The notes: a model not told the origin generated them from the sequence alone. 61,719 nucleotides of DNA, filler included, from Basidiobolus ranarum (GCA_040143965.1; 24 parts of 24 records of this genome joined end to end with filler, not necessarily neighbours in it), one strand, 5' to 3'; shown: positions 38,682 to 53,437, numbered from the whole stretch's first letter. Numbers and translations are program-made.

Positions 38682-41154
38682 CCCCCACCCCCCCCCCAGC
38701 CCTACCCCCCCCCCCCCCCCCGGGGGGGCCCCGATAGCAGACAGGACCTTTATCAATAATGAGTTGCTTTTGCTTGTGCTTCATCTTGCTTCTGGTCTGT
38801 GGAGTCAAGACTACCACGTTGAAATCAATCTGATTATTGGACTCGGTGTGCAAATTACTTCCTCCGTTATAATCATGTCTAAAGCTCATAGAGGCTAGAT
38901 ACGAAGAGGCGGAGGTGGTTTTATAATTGAAAAATCCAATTGAACATTTTAGAAATCGATTAAACTTTCTTTACCGCTACATCAATCACTTACCAAATTC
39001 ATGTTGAAGATTCGAAGATAGATCGTGTTTACGATATTTGGATCCAGAGACCTGAAAGTCAATTCTAAGTTGATCAGCAAACTCCGCATTTAACCATATA
39101 CAAAGCTCAAGCTTCGACACTAAAATTTAATTCGTTTGAATGAATCCTTTCTGTTTCCATTTAATAAACATTCATCTTACCTTCCGTCTCGGTTTTTCGT
39201 AGAACATTTTTCACTTTTACCGTTCCAGAATCCCTCAACCCCGATTTTCCTTCTTGTCCACGATGCTTTACGATAACGATCCAATTAATTCCTTGGTATT
39301 TACATACTTTGACCAATTGTTCTGGTGTCAGATCTTTATCGTCTTCGCATAGATAATCAGCTCGAATATTGTGAGCCCATAGTTCTCGGACTATCTCAAT
39401 TCTCTCTTGAAGAAGGATTTTCCCAAACGATGCAACGAACACATCACACTTGATGAATAATTAGGTAAAAGAAGAGCAAGGTGAGTATTTTAGAGAATCC
39501 AAACAAGAGCACAAGTAGATGCCAGTAAATAGATACCTTTTTCGGAGCCCACAATCCAAAGCTTCGATCTTCATCGTGAGTTTTGGAAACGAGTGATTTA
39601 AAGATTTCCGATTGATATTGTGACATTGCCAGAATGATTTTTTGCAAAGCAATGTTGACCCCTACAGCGTACACTTTCTTCAAGGATTTCTCACCACTGG
39701 GATGCTGAAAGTTCTCAATCAACGCGTCATATCTATGAATTTCATGAAATTTTAATTTCACAAACTCAATCGGTTCACAAAGTTCAGTTTTACCTTCCTC
39801 CACCAGCAATGACTTCTTTCTGTTGAGTTTCCTGGATTGCCTGGAAGATAAATCCATTCTTGTAATAGTGATGATTATATCTAGATGACAAGGTTGACGT
39901 TAGGGAAAGGGCCATCATTGAGTTGTTATATTTCAAATATAGATTATTTACGTCAAGAAAGGGTAGAAAACGATCTTGCGTCTCAGACCAAAGCTTTTTG
40001 CGAGCTTAACCAATATACGTAGATCGTTGATACCATTTCTCATGAGATTTCGAGTAGTTTCCGAGGTAATTAAAGCCTCCAATTTTCTAACTACTGTTTC
40101 AAAGTCCCCTGGTCAAGTTAAATGGAGTTTAGAGTTGAAACAAGACTTGAGGGTTTCTATTTTATCGAATTTACCTCTGATGTTGAAGAGCTCTAAGTCG
40201 TCAAGAGTATCCTTGGAAAGTTGATATTGTGTAGCAAATTGAGTTCTCAGGTGAGATGGTATCGGTGACTTCCCTAGCTGACCCAACAGATTCGATATCG
40301 AGCGTCTATCTTTGACTGGAATATTACAGTGATCGAACATTGCTTGTATAACATTTCCGTGGTTAATCAAGAAACAATAGGGCGCATTCCGGAAAGGTGG
40401 GAACTCATCCAAGATCTCATCGACCAATTTTAGAACCTCCGCGTCTGGGACCATGTTTGTAGGAATACTATGAATGATATCAAAATCTACTTCGTGAACT
40501 ACTTTCGGTTGGCCACCGACAATATTTTCTCTAGAAAAGATGACTTTTGGATTAGAAGATTTCAGATGGAGTCATTATATGACTGGGTATCGCCATTACC
40601 TGTATACTTTATCAAAGGTGTATCTTTTCAATTGAGTGATATTGCTTCTCGAGATGTATCTAGCAAATGGAACGGTCAAGTCGTAAGGAAGCTATAAGCT
40701 GCGTTAGTATTTCGAGATTGACAAACACTTCTTACGATGTATAGTCTACATACTTGTACTATACCACCGGTTGCGTCCAGCAAATGCACCGGCTTCTGCG
40801 AGCTGTCATAAATATCAGATTTAGGCATAAGAAGAGGAGTGCCTAATTCAACGGCAGCATGTAGGTTGAAAATGCGAATTAATCGATCGTGGACTTTAGC
40901 ATAAAAGAGAGCGTTGTGCTGATCAAACGTGTTGTTTTTCTGGAAGTAGGATGATATATAATTGGTTTAAAAAGAGATATGGTAGGGAATTAGGATAATC
41001 TAGAGTAATACCGAGTTGAAGTCATAAGTGAAGTCCTTATGCTTATCTGGTTCTTGACTGAACAAAGAACTCATCAATCGGTGATAAAAGGAAGTATTAG
41101 GGTTTCCTATTGGCCAACATATTAATAAGATATTCTAAATCAAAGCAATGAAAG
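38682..41154 (-). CDS. GCN2: eIF2-alpha kinase GCN2: HisRS-like and anticodon-binding regions, internal fragment
   Basis: LPYDLTVPFARY, EVDFDII, PDAEVLK, AGGGR|YDALI, VGVNIA, ELWAHNIRAD; GT-AG introns. Confidence 0.92.
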
Positions 41155-41254
41155 NNNNNNNNNNNNNNNNNNNNNNNNNNNNNNNNNNNNNNNNNNNNTT
41201 AATTAATTAANNNNNNNNNNNNNNNNNNNNNNNNNNNNNNNNNNNNNNNNNNNN

Positions 41255-42530
41255 CTGGAGTTTATTACATCATTGTTAGTGACTCTTTCACTGTTGGCTA
41301 GTTGCTTCAGAATGCTGTATTAATTGCAATATTGTGGCATTACTACTTGTCATTGACTGTATAGCAGCTTTGTAGCGTTTACTTATGCTCACATTCAAGC
41401 TGTGAGTGTAGGCCTGTGATTCCCATACTGTAATAATTCCACCCATATTTTCTACAGAGGGTTGTTCAATCGTGGGCAAGGTAGCCATTATGGATGTTGA
41501 TGGTGTTGAAGGTGTTTCTGTTGAACTTGGCTCAACTATTTATTTACTATGTACTTAAGAGATTACAATCTCTTCACATGACTATTGCTGGAAAGCAACA
41601 TATCTGCTAAATTGATTAATGCTTCATCATTATTTGAGTTGGTTTCCGGCATGTTAATGCCTTCCAAAGTGGTAAGTGGATTACTAGACTGCTAATCAAT
41701 TAAGTCCTCTATTCTTGCAGGTTTTTTTCTTTTGTGCCAGCAGGCTTTGACTTGGAAGCCAACTTTGATTTAGATTTTGAATGCTTTTTGAATTATGTTG
41801 AAATTATTGGATGGTAAGCTTGGTGCAATGAAAATGCTTAGAAACAGCTTTCAATAAACCAAAATTGCCATCCATTACTGGAAGTATCTTGTAAATCTCC
41901 TAATAACTCATCTGCAAAATCATCTCAGAACCAGCTGATGATATAGATGGGATATACCTCAGATAGCACCCTTACATAGGAGGTGTTCTTTTTTCCATAA
42001 TATCCTTCTTGTGCCAGAATGCAAACATTCAAAGAAGTCCTGCTATTATTGGCACAAATTCATTTGCTATAAAAGCTGGAGGCTTCATAGAAAAATAATC
42101 ATAAGCATGCTACTGTACAAAGCCACCAGCAGCACAAAGCCTGGAGAATATCAACAGTACTAAGTGCATAAAATAAACTGTAGTATTGCCACCAAGTCCA
42201 CTGGCTGTATTTTGCCTTAAAGTTTTGGCAACACTGCCAAAAGTCAAGTTACTGTTGAGTTACCACAGTTATATGACCAGAATGATATAGGTAGAAATAT
42301 AACTTTGGTCAAACCAGTAAGTCCAGACAACTTTAAGGACTTGCTGCTAAATGTCACCATTGGTTATTCCAGTACTGATGGTGGTATGTAAGAAGTTGAA
42401 GAAGAAGACAATTGTTTTGTTAAGGACTATTTGTTATTGGTATGCATTAGTCCATGCATTACACTTAAAGTAAAGGAAGCAGTGGCAATTATTGAGGAGT
42501 GGAGAGTTTAATCCAATCTTACCAAACAGG
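41255..42530. mobile_element. CACTA-associated repeat (homolog of 5172-6420), interrupted by a Gypsy element
   Basis: Colinear with contig 3 up to AATCCAATCTT...CAGG|TGTCAC. Confidence 0.75.
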
Positions 42531-43726
42531 TGTCACAATAAAAAACTGAACAAGGACTGGAAACAACAACAGGAGGCTAGAAGGCAGGAGAGTACTTGGT
42601 TGTAGAACACAAGACAAGACTAGAAAGGGAAGATACTTTAGCAACAATATTTATTGATAATTGGCATTGTTCAGACCTCAGTCTGATCAAGGAATACATG
42701 CAGCTTAGATAGATATTGCAGGGTGAAACATAATATACTGAATAGGTATATAATGTGGCAAGTTCAAGTGTTTTGGTGTTGAAAAAACTATAAGTGCCAA
42801 TACAAAGAAGGATGATGTAAGATTGATCAGGTGACCTTGCATAGAAGGTCTTGGCAGAAATACACCATGTGTGGGATGACATGGTTGGTTAGGCCTAACA
42901 TGACTTCCATATAAGGTAACCTGGATGAGCCAACACTAGATTGCCAAGAAGGGATGGCATAACAGATACAATGTCATAATCTGATAATAGATGAGTTCTA
43001 TTTGCAGTGGATGAGTGTGCCAGGATCTGAATCATGACAGTAACCTGTTCTTTATTGATGGCTTCCAGACATCATAGGGCCACGTTTTTCTGGGTAGGCT
43101 TAATGAAACTCCTAGCAAAGTTCCTTAGAATTGGAAAGATTTGTTGCTGGCTCCCATAACTGATGACTTGTTGAATATCCCTTCCAGTCCACTAAATATT
43201 GCAACATATGTCAATAAATTCTGGAATCTAGAATTTTGCTAGCTTCATATTAAGGGTGTTCTTCCACTTGGATTGCAGGGGATGGATCAATAGATTGGTA
43301 CTGGAAGGTGTTTTTGGCATGTGGCTCTAGGAGAGATACATGGAATACATTGTGGACTTTGACATGGGGTGGGAGTTCAAGGTGGAAGGCTATGGAATTG
43401 ATTGGCTTATTAATCTCAAGAGGACCTGATCTTTTAAGTTCCAGGTTATTGCAAGATCTAGTGGTTTTGATATTTTTTGGAGTAGCCATACATAATCTCC
43501 TGGCTTGAGATCTGGGCTTGGCTTTCTTTTCTTATAAGGAAAGTTCTTGTATTGGAATTGAGCATGCTGCAACTTGAATAACAATTTTTTAAGAATGTCC
43601 TTAAGGAAAGTGGCATGGTCTGAGGTAGCAGGGCCAGGTAGAAAAGATGGTGGGTGAATTGTAAAACAAGGGTGAAATCCATAATTTGCAAAGAAAGGAG
43701 TTTGTTTTGTTGAGTTATGATAAGAG
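42531..43726 (-). mobile_element. Chromodomain Gypsy 3' end (integrase C-terminus, chromodomain, LTR 42531-43039)
   Basis: GPLEI..FHLELPPHVKVHNVFHVSLLEP, LQYLVDWKGY, LTR termini. Confidence 0.92.
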
Positions 43727-44397
43727 NNNNNNNNNNNNNNNNNNNNNNNNNNNNNNNNNNNNNNNNNNNNTTAATTAATTAANNNNNNNNNNNNNNNNNN
43801 NNNNNNNNNNNNNNNNNNNNNNNNNNCAGTTAACGCCGCCATTGAACAATGAGATATTCTATATGATAATGAGTTGATCAATCTTGATTCAATGGTGAGA
43901 AATCAAGGAGTTTCCACGTTGTTGCAGAGGCTATGATGCACCTTTGGATACAACAAATTATGGGGACATAAATAGCACTGTGTGCCACCAGTGCTTTAGC
44001 CAATTATTCCCTGGATTATTTGGTATCAAATGTTTTAATCAAACCCCGAGGCAACATCCATTTCTTTTGCCAACGATTAAACTGGCCACCAAGCGTCAAT
44101 TGATATAACACTGCCAATAGAGATAAATAATTCAAACTACATTAAAGAGTGTGGAATTTCACTTAGCATCTTGGTGATTTTAGCATTTAGCTTAATTTCG
44201 GTACAAAATTTGATAGTTCATTAGCTGTGACTTCCGTTACTATCTTACATAGATAACGTATGAATCAAATCACCACGAAACATACGTAAAGTTGGATTTT
44301 TCTCAATCTTATTATTGAATTGTAAACATTTCTTCACTATTTATTTGGTATAAGCGGTGATTTGTTAATTTTTCATGATATCACTCTTTACTTCAGC

Positions 44398-46298
44398 ATG
44401 AGTCGTTTTTCCGCGTTAAGTGGTGGTTCGAATCAAGAAGAATTCTCTGAAGAGAAGGAAATCGAGGTAAGGAGTTAATAGAAGAATAAAACGTATACAA
44501 GCCTATTATGCTAGCTGTTGTAGATCTTGAAGAAAATAAACTCTGAACTAACTTAAATTTCAAAGTTCCTTCAATTAAAAGATCTGAATCAAGAAGTACT
44601 ACTAAAAATTGCCCCCGAACCTTTTGATCCTCAAGCAACTCCAGGACATGTTTCTTTACTAGCTGTTTCCAATCAATATGGTTATTTCGTAGCTGGTACA
44701 AACAAAGGTACGGGTTGATTATAATACATCAATTCTGGTACAACCTCTAAATCCGAATTTTAGGCTTTGTATTTGACACTACTGATGCCTTAAGACAAGC
44801 CATCAAAAGTGCTACCAAGCAGAGTACAGCTGATTTCAAGGCACAGACGGAAGTTACTGTTTCTAATGGTGTAGTTCAGCATATCCGACTTTCAGCTGAC
44901 GAGCTTACTTTAGTAATTGGTACCAGTACAGGCGATATTTTGCTCTATGATATACCAACTTTGAAGCAACAGGTGAGATTCAATAAGTCAATTGATTTCT
45001 ATGTGTTAGCTACTAAATTTTCGTATGTAGAATGGAGACGTTGATCCTTATAAAACGATTAGCCTCGGAAATTCCATTAAAGACATTCGTTCAAATCCAT
45101 CTGCAAAGCCTACGCAGTTAGCTGTATTGTTAAGCGATAGTAACTTAAAATTCGTTGATTTTTCTGGCGAGGTTCAGCAAGTTGGAAGCACTTACACTGC
45201 AAGTATGTAAATGACAAATGCGCATGTTTGTAGTCATATTCAATAACACCCGTTTTTAGTTTGTTGGTCACGAAAGGGAAAACAAATTGCATGTGGTAAC
45301 ACTCAAAGTGAAGTCTTTCTCATAGCTTGTGACGGTACTACTAAGGGTTCAATTCAACCGCCACCTTCGATTGTAGAAACTCCTCACTACGGTACATAGT
45401 TCCAATATACTGAAAAAGGCTTCACAAAACTAATCTGCTAGCTTCCCTTCTAGTTGAGAGTATATATTGGCTCGAAAATACAGTATTTAATATTGTTTAC
45501 AATATCCAATCAGGGGATCCAGAGGAAGGTCATGAATATTCTGTGTACATTATATCTACTGAAGATAAGTCGAACATCAGTTACAACAAATTAGAAGATC
45601 CCTGTGCACCTTGGGGTATTAAAGACCGAGGCTCTCATTATTATATTGAGCCCATTAAGGATTGGTAATGGCCTATCTCTCTTTTTATTGGTAATTTGAG
45701 CTAACCATTGTGAATTTTTCTTAGGGGTAAAGAATGTAAATATGCTATGTTCTGTGCTAGCACTGCTTCTGCGGATGTTGGTGTAATCGGATGTGACGAA
45801 CTCAAACAATGGAACACCTGGATTTTAGAGGAAACCGCTCGGGCTTCTGTTCCACTTTCACGAATCACTGACGAAGATACTGCGCCAGTTGGATTAGCTA
45901 TAGACTTCACATCATCAGAGTCCCTTCCTCCATTAAATCCAGAAGTTAGTACAACCCTTATCGAGCCTGTTCCCATTCTTATTCTGATGAATAGTGATGG
46001 AATGCTGAGTGCATTTCACTGTTTGAATATTGATGCTGCAAATAATGGCGACAAGTACGAAGGAATGATAAACCCTAGTCCAATTCCGACTTCTAATCCC
46101 CCCAAATCCGCTGTCCCTGCAGCTGCAACCCCTCTCGCAAGCTTTGGTGCCACTGGATTTGGATCTGCCATCAAGCCTGCCTTTGGTGCTACCGGATTTG
46201 ACACACCTTCTACTCCAGTATCTGGAGCAACTACCGGATCCAATAGCAATAACGCAGCTATATCAAATCCTGTTACACCTGGAGGTTCTATATTCGGT
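44398..46298 (+). CDS. NUP159: Nucleoporin Nup159/Nup214: N-terminal beta-propeller and start of FG repeats; 3' partial
   Basis: GYFVAG, CWSRKGKQIACG, DEDTAPVGLAIDFTS, P.PILILMNSDGML; then SFG/AFG repeats; multiple introns. Confidence 0.88.
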
Positions 46299-46398
46299 NN
46301 NNNNNNNNNNNNNNNNNNNNNNNNNNNNNNNNNNNNNNNNNNTTAATTAATTAANNNNNNNNNNNNNNNNNNNNNNNNNNNNNNNNNNNNNNNNNNNN

Positions 46399-48310
46399 AA
46401 AGGATCCTCCGTTGCTTTTCGATGAGCTTTGGTTTTGCTACGAGATGATGGCTTAGCAGACTCTACATTGGGACCTACTGATGATTTTACAGAGTTGTTA
46501 TCAGTTACAGGCTCAGCGATAAATCTTCAGGTAAATATAATAAGTTTTTGTTGCTTACTCAAAATCGTGCTCGCGTACCCAGTATATGCTGCAGGTTCAC
46601 TCATGCTAAAAAGATCATCTGTTACCTTTTGATGAGCTTTAGTTTTGTTACCGGATGGTGACTTCGTAGACTCCATATTACGAGTTTTTTGTGACTTTCT
46701 CAAGTTGTTATTAGCAGCAGGCTTAGTATATTTTCGTGTCGGTAATACCAGTTTATGACGTTCATTCTGAATTAGTTCCAATATATTGGTAGGTTCACTT
46801 TTCAAATTGAGTGACCTTTCTTCTATTTTCTCAAAGAGTGTTTCTATTGTGCAATTACCAGCCTGAAACAAGGCAGTAACTCGCTCCATCTCTTGAACAA
46901 TCTTTGCTTCACCACATATACTCGCTGTAGAAGCAACGTTTCTTTCCAAGTCAAATGGATCTTCGACATGAAGCAAGTATCCACGACTCATCCAGATCTC
47001 TTTCATAGCTATCAGTCTGCCAGTACGAATTGAAATGACGTCTGATGACTCGATAATACGCAAGTAAAACTCACAAAATTGGATAAACAATTCGAGTACA
47101 CTTGGTAGAGTTGAATCATATGGTTTTCTAAAATAAAATGAAAGCAAGTGAAGTTCTTTGAAATATGAGACATCTGCATAACTCATGTTAGATGAAACTT
47201 GCTTCTTTCTACGTTTCTTGAATCGCTGATTCACCAAAATGGGGATAAGTATACCCTCTTCATCTAATTCCTGGCTGATTTGTTGAAGTGAAGGTAATAT
47301 TGGCTCATCAAGATTTTGTAGAAAGAATATTGCCATAAGTACATAGCAATACGAACTATATGTTCCTATTCAGCAATAGTTGAGATACTATACTTTTTTC
47401 AAGTTGTAAAAAAATCTGTATGTTTACCTCCACTTGCTGAATTGATACCTCGACGCTTTGCCCAATACTAGGACATTACGTTAGTATAGATGGACAATTT
47501 TAAAGTATGAATAAACGGCTTACTTTGATTAACATGATAAGTTTTTTGACTCTATCATCGATTGAAAGATACGCCGTGATCATTTGAGAATTGTGAAGAC
47601 CAAGTATATTATTCACATTAATATCGCATGAAATACAACTATTAATGAGAAGTTAATAGAGGTTTAGACACAATCCATTTGTGAGACAACATACTATTCC
47701 GGATCGTAAAACTTAACAATGGGTACCCGGGCACCAGCAATCGGGGTAACATATCGCATGCCAGCTTAAATTGTTGAAAGAGGTAAAGATATAATACTCT
47801 GAGGTGGTGAAGTATTATGATACTAACCAAAGCGAAGAATCCTAGCTAACGCGTTCACGTTTACCTCATTATCGTTCCACTCGGTTTCGAGAGCAACATC
47901 GCAATCGCTTCCGCCGAAGTCTAAACCGGTGATTGAGGAGCTGCAAATAAGTAGTATTTAGCAGAAGAGAGCAAAATAAAAACTGTATAACAATAAATAT
48001 ACCCAAACAAATGTGCTGTGATTTGTTTATCTGGAAAATGGGTGTTTATGAGATGCTGGATCTTATTTAGAAATTGTAGTCTACGTTCACGAGCTTTTTC
48101 CGAAGAGATAATACTCTATATTTTTGGAATGAAGTATTTATCGCGCGTTATATAAATAATTCAGTAACACGGATATATGGAATGATTCCTTACCTTGAGT
48201 AATATATTAGTGTGCAAGTTGAGCTGTTCGACATTACGAGCCCGAATGCTATGGATACTTTGTGGTTGAGCTTCAACAGTGAACTCTGCTGAGCGGTTCA
48301 TAAATGACAT
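46399..48310 (-). CDS. Cid1/TUTase-family non-canonical poly(A)/poly(U) polymerase; 3' partial
   Basis: LFG|SSITGLDFGGSDCDV, ARVPIVKF, CDINVNN, YWAKRRGIN, SSYCYVLM, VEDPFDLERNVA. Confidence 0.9.
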
Positions 48311-48969
48311 ACTAGCTGAAAAGTATGGGCAAGTATGGAAGAGAGATGGCCAGCGTGAGAAGGCAATTATACAAATCGTATAGAGATCTCCTTAGAAAAC
48401 ATCAATAAATATACAATCTAAATTCCATATCAGTTAATACATGTATGCATGTTTCAGTCAACCCTTTGACAGGGTAGTTTTCATTAGCTCTTCAAATCGG
48501 ATGATTTTATCCTACAAAATTGAAGATAATAATTATCAACATTTACAAACATATCCAGTACTTCCCAAGCAATATTTGAGAGGTTAGAGAGGGGGCAATA
48601 GAGGCTGAAATCTCAAGAAATGTACAGTGCTATTCATATTTCACTTGTGAAATAATATTTCAAGATGTTGTGCTTATGAGGATTGTAAAATATTTCGAAG
48701 AAACAGCTGGTGAATTTTTCTACAAAAATTGAGTATTTAGCTCAATGAGCTTATTTGAATGTTGAGAGTACGATCCAGCTCTGAGTCAGTTATTTAAGCT
48801 GATCTAGCTCAGCAAGCCTGAGTGTAGCAGACGGGGGGGGGGTAGGGAGGAGGCAGTCTGGAATCGCTANNNNNNNNNNNNNNNNNNNNNNNNNNNNNNN
48901 NNNNNNNNNNNNNTTAATTAATTAANNNNNNNNNNNNNNNNNNNNNNNNNNNNNNNNNNNNNNNNNNNN

Positions 48970-49265
48970 TCGTCAAACTTGTCGAATAGCCAGCGGAAGT
49001 TATTCGGATCCGAAAACCACATTTTCTGAAATTTATCATCTGTATACCAGGTAATAAGCCACCAGTCCTTACCAATGGTAAGCGCACCCGTATCATAGTC
49101 TATGGTCATTGGATTGTCGCAAGTAGATTGGCCAGATCCAATCTCTGTCCACTCTTTACGATTTTTATATACATTGCTGTATTTATGGACCACCGAGACA
49201 GCGTAAATTGGGCCACTAGTCTCGTTGTGCACCTCAACTTTAGCGATTCTATGGGTAGCCGCCAT
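48970..49265 (-). CDS. PUD-1/PUD-2 ('up-regulated in daf-2')-like protein; 3' partial
   Basis: AVSVVHKYSNVYKN, YDTGALTIGKDWWLITW and SDPNNFR match the family as recalled; TATAAAAAG upstream at about 49413-49421. Confidence 0.8.
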
Positions 49266-51540
49266 CGTGCGTCTTGATGGGAATTGAAAGACAAAAAGTA
49301 GAGAATTTCTAAATATGTAAAGTTTTATTAGTAATGGCTGATCTGCTTATTGTTGTATTAACGATCGGAGTTGTCGATAGGAAGAATGCTGCTAATAGAA
49401 GATGGCAGACCTCTTTTTATACTTGAGTACTCGAGATCACTAACGAATAAACTCCAGATACCGCAGACCTTTACTATCTGACTACGAGGTACCAAAATGC
49501 CTGATAATGCTCGTGTTTGTGTTGTTCACCGACAAGATAGCAGAGAATGTTGACTAAGAATAGGGATTTTGGAAGCGTATGATGTTTAGTAAACAATAGC
49601 ATAAGAACATCCATTTATACATATGTTAGCCTGCTAATATACCTTGATATATATGTTCTCAGATTCATTCTCTAATAGCGAGTTATTTTTTATGTTCACT
49701 GTTAATCCATTTTTGGTAAAGACAGCTTACAGCCCAGAGAAGGATAATGCTTGTGAGAGCCAAGCCACCTTGGGTAGGATTACTCTGATTGGACAAAACA
49801 AAGTTGCAATTTTTCACCCAAACTTATGAGACATCAGCCGTCGTTGTCCGCGGCTAGTTGATTGGTGGTCTGATTAAATGATGATAATTGAACCAGTTTG
49901 GCAGGTCTTAAGTAATCGCAGAGATGCAGATACGACCGGATTTAAGATCAATCGCGATATTGATTCCATTTGTACACATTTCGCACCTGCATTTTTACGA
50001 TTAACAACAGATGAACATCGACAATCTTGACATCACGGAATCAAGATATCTCAAGCTACTCACAATCATGCTATTGACATTATTTTGGTCAATAATCGTA
50101 CTTTGAATTTTATTTGAGAAGATTTACTTATTCAGCCAGCCCAAAGGTTATTTTTAACGAGGTCGTACAAATACTTTAAAACGTGGAATAAACAGGTAAA
50201 TTCAGTACCATCCATCCCTTCAATGGAATCGTTTTTGGAAGAGTTAATAAAAAGCTCCATAGTCTTCATGGTTCTTGTAACCCTAACCCATACTTCACTC
50301 TGCAACCAATATATTCAAGTTCTGAAGTTTTAGGAATACTGTTTAGGGGGAAAGGTGGCAAACAGAGGTGAAGAAAAGGAGAATACACCATAAGACACTT
50401 GTCAGAAAACTAAAACAGTAGGCCTTCAGCGAGGAGTTTAGGAGACCTGATACTGATAACAAGAATCCAGCTGATAGTCTATAGAAACAATGTCAGGCAT
50501 TTCAGCTTCAACCATGTCAAAGTCAAGTATAGTCAACTAGGAGATATTTCCAGTAAGACAGTGAGTTTGAAGTCAAATAGATCAAGCAACATGTATTGTT
50601 TATTCAGAGGAAAATACTGAGCCTATAGCATAGTATTTCATAAGAGTTGCATTATATAACTGGGTGGCACATATACTAACTCACCGGACTATTTCTAAAA
50701 TGCAACAAAAATCAAACAATAAATGTAAACTATTTCATATACTGTGTATTAGTTAAAAAAGATAAACCAGGTGCTGCATAATTCTTCTTAGCCTACAAAT
50801 TTTTGAGTCTTAATCATGTGTAAATGAACAGTGCAGAAGTCAAATGAGTGTTGGTACAAATTGCATTCTAGCATAGTTGTTCTCAATACCTATGACCTAC
50901 TTCTTTAACATTACTTCAGTTTCTATCCCATTACTTTTTTCCTAATGGTCAAAGTTAAATGAGATCTATAACGTGGAATCTCTTTTAACAGGTAGCCAAA
51001 TGCTGTAGTAAGCAAATCATCAAAGCAATACCATTAAGTAATCTAAAAATTTGGCTGGGATTATTACTATAAATGCTAGAGTTCACCAAGCTTTTCCTAG
51101 GTATGCCTCTATATGAGATATTTTCCATTGAGTTCTCATTCTTGTAATGCCTAAATAAGATTTGATCTTTTGTATCAGATTCATAGTTGATGAGCATTCC
51201 ACGAACATCCAATAAGTCCATTTGGCGCACTCCATTCTCATTCTCATTGAATTTGAATTTCTTTTCCAATCACACACTTAGAAAAAAGCCCTAAATCTCA
51301 TGCCAATGGTAATACAGGTAAACGATGTTATCTATTTCAGTGAGCAGGTAATACTTTGTAACATGCATTTCTATTTCACCTGTTCTTTTCCTAGAGAATC
51401 AGACTCTGCCATCTTTATTTCAACAATCCATACGGAATACNNNNNNNNNNNNNNNNNNNNNNNNNNNNNNNNNNNNNNNNNNNNTTAATTAATTAANNNN
51501 NNNNNNNNNNNNNNNNNNNNNNNNNNNNNNNNNNNNNNNN

Positions 51541-52193
51541 ATGTGATATATGAAATAGTTAGGTGTCTAAAGATAAAGCTAACAAATATGATAAAGACAA
51601 TAAACTTCAACACAAAGTTGTATCAAATTAGCTGAAAATCCCATGTTTTATAATGGAAGCAAACATATATATATTAGACATCACTTTGTTAGAGAGACTA
51701 TAGAGAATACATTTATTAACTTAACTTATTGTTCTACAGAAGACACTATTGATGATATTTTAACCAAACCATTAGCAAGATAGAAATTTGAGAAATTTAG
51801 ACCTTGCTTAGAATTAGTTTATATCACTACTTTGTTGAGAGAGAGTGTTCAAATTAACATTCCCTAAGCACCTATATAGTCATATATAGCTGAGTACTTA
51901 GTTTTCTTATACTTTACTAAGGTATTACCCATTATTCTCAATTGGAATTTACTTGGAATATTCTTATCAACTGAGAAGTTCTCAGATATACAAATTTTTC
52001 AAACTTGTGCTAGAAGCCCCAAACTTTGCACACATCTTCCTGGGATCTTCGTTAACACATGCTACATGTTAGTCTGTTTACATCTTGACAAAACTATAAA
52101 TGTCAACTTTCTACTCAATAAATCAACAAGTGAAAACCACCAATTTCTCTAATTCTCCAAACCACTTCCAACAGGCTCCCAAATACTTTAACA
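51541..52193 (+). mobile_element. Copia RNaseH end, polypurine tract and 3' LTR (51846-52193)
   Basis: KHIYIRHHFVRE, DILTKPL, then GAGAGAGAG|TGTTC...TTAACA. Confidence 0.9.
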
Positions 52194-53437
52194 TTCACAA
52201 CATACACATAAGTTCTTGTTTTATAACCTATTGACATAGAATCTACCAGTCACACATCTCTCTTTTTAATGTTCATACTATTTCAAAGAATCAAGATTAA
52301 AAGGATTATTAGAATACTGATAATAGGCAGCTTATTATATTTAACCTTGAGTTCTTTGTTCCGTGCTGTTTGAGATTCAAAGAACATAAACTGCATTGAG
52401 TAAGCAACATTGATTCATTATAGTGCATCAGATATTTTTTTTATCTAGGTATTTTATAGTGGTTTGGTGTCATAAAAGTATATTTTGTATTGCAAGTTCA
52501 AATTTTGTAACCAAGTACAACCTGCAGCCATACCAAACGACTGTAATATTAGCGCAATAACATTGACTGCTGGATGTAGAGTAGTAACTGAAAACGTGAG
52601 TAAGCAACTGATAATTCTGCCATTATTCAACTAGTTAATTTAGAAAAATGCACTTGTCTTGGAGCTAATACTTGTTATATCACTGTCACCACCAAGACAA
52701 CAGATATATCCAGCAGACTACTATACATAAATATACACAAATGATGTAATTTTCCGACTTGAATATGCCTTTGTAGAGTCTGAAATGTTCACTACCACAT
52801 AATATTTGAGTTGAAAAAAAACGTGACAGCTTTAAGTTATCAATATAAACAACGGTATAGTTTAATGCCTAGCAAAGGAACTTTCTTTCTTCTAGACTCT
52901 TGTCATAACAGTGTTTCTCTCCCCCAGAGTTACCTCCTGGTTGAGATTCAAGTACTATCAGCATTCTGTCCTTGCTTATCACGCGTACGCGTACCCATTA
53001 AGTTCAAGGCGATATATGACGTCACAGCAATAAATAAGGCTATATGACTTTATTAGGCGCAAAGTATAAGTGGACTAACTCTATTTATAAATTGAAGTCT
53101 CAAGATCCGAGGTTGTCCAGAGTACCCTTATTATTAATACCTCCATATCCTAATTGTCAGGTTGCTGGAATTAGCAATAGATCTAGTGATAGTAGTTAAC
53201 GGTCCAATTGAGCTTTTAATGATGGCATTTTCAAAAAATCTGATTTTTATAGTGTGTGGAGTCAACATGATGTCAATAAATTCTAGTAACCGAGGGCCAA
53301 GATATGTGTGGAATTTCCCCTACCTGATCTTCAATGGATATTAAGCTTGCAAGTGTGGCGAATTTATCTTATCTATACTTCTCTCGCTTATCGACTCTAG
53401 ACTTGTTTTCACTTTCTTTTGGGTAGCCCTTTTCCCA

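Noticed and set aside
38682-38730. C/G homopolymer run (also near 48833) as a G-quadruplex or Gly-rich exon
   Set aside because: Lies at a contig end and interrupts GCN2 coding sequence; probably a sequencing or assembly artefact
50985-51277. 94-aa minus-strand ORF
   Set aside because: No recognisable motif or ATG start; cannot assign
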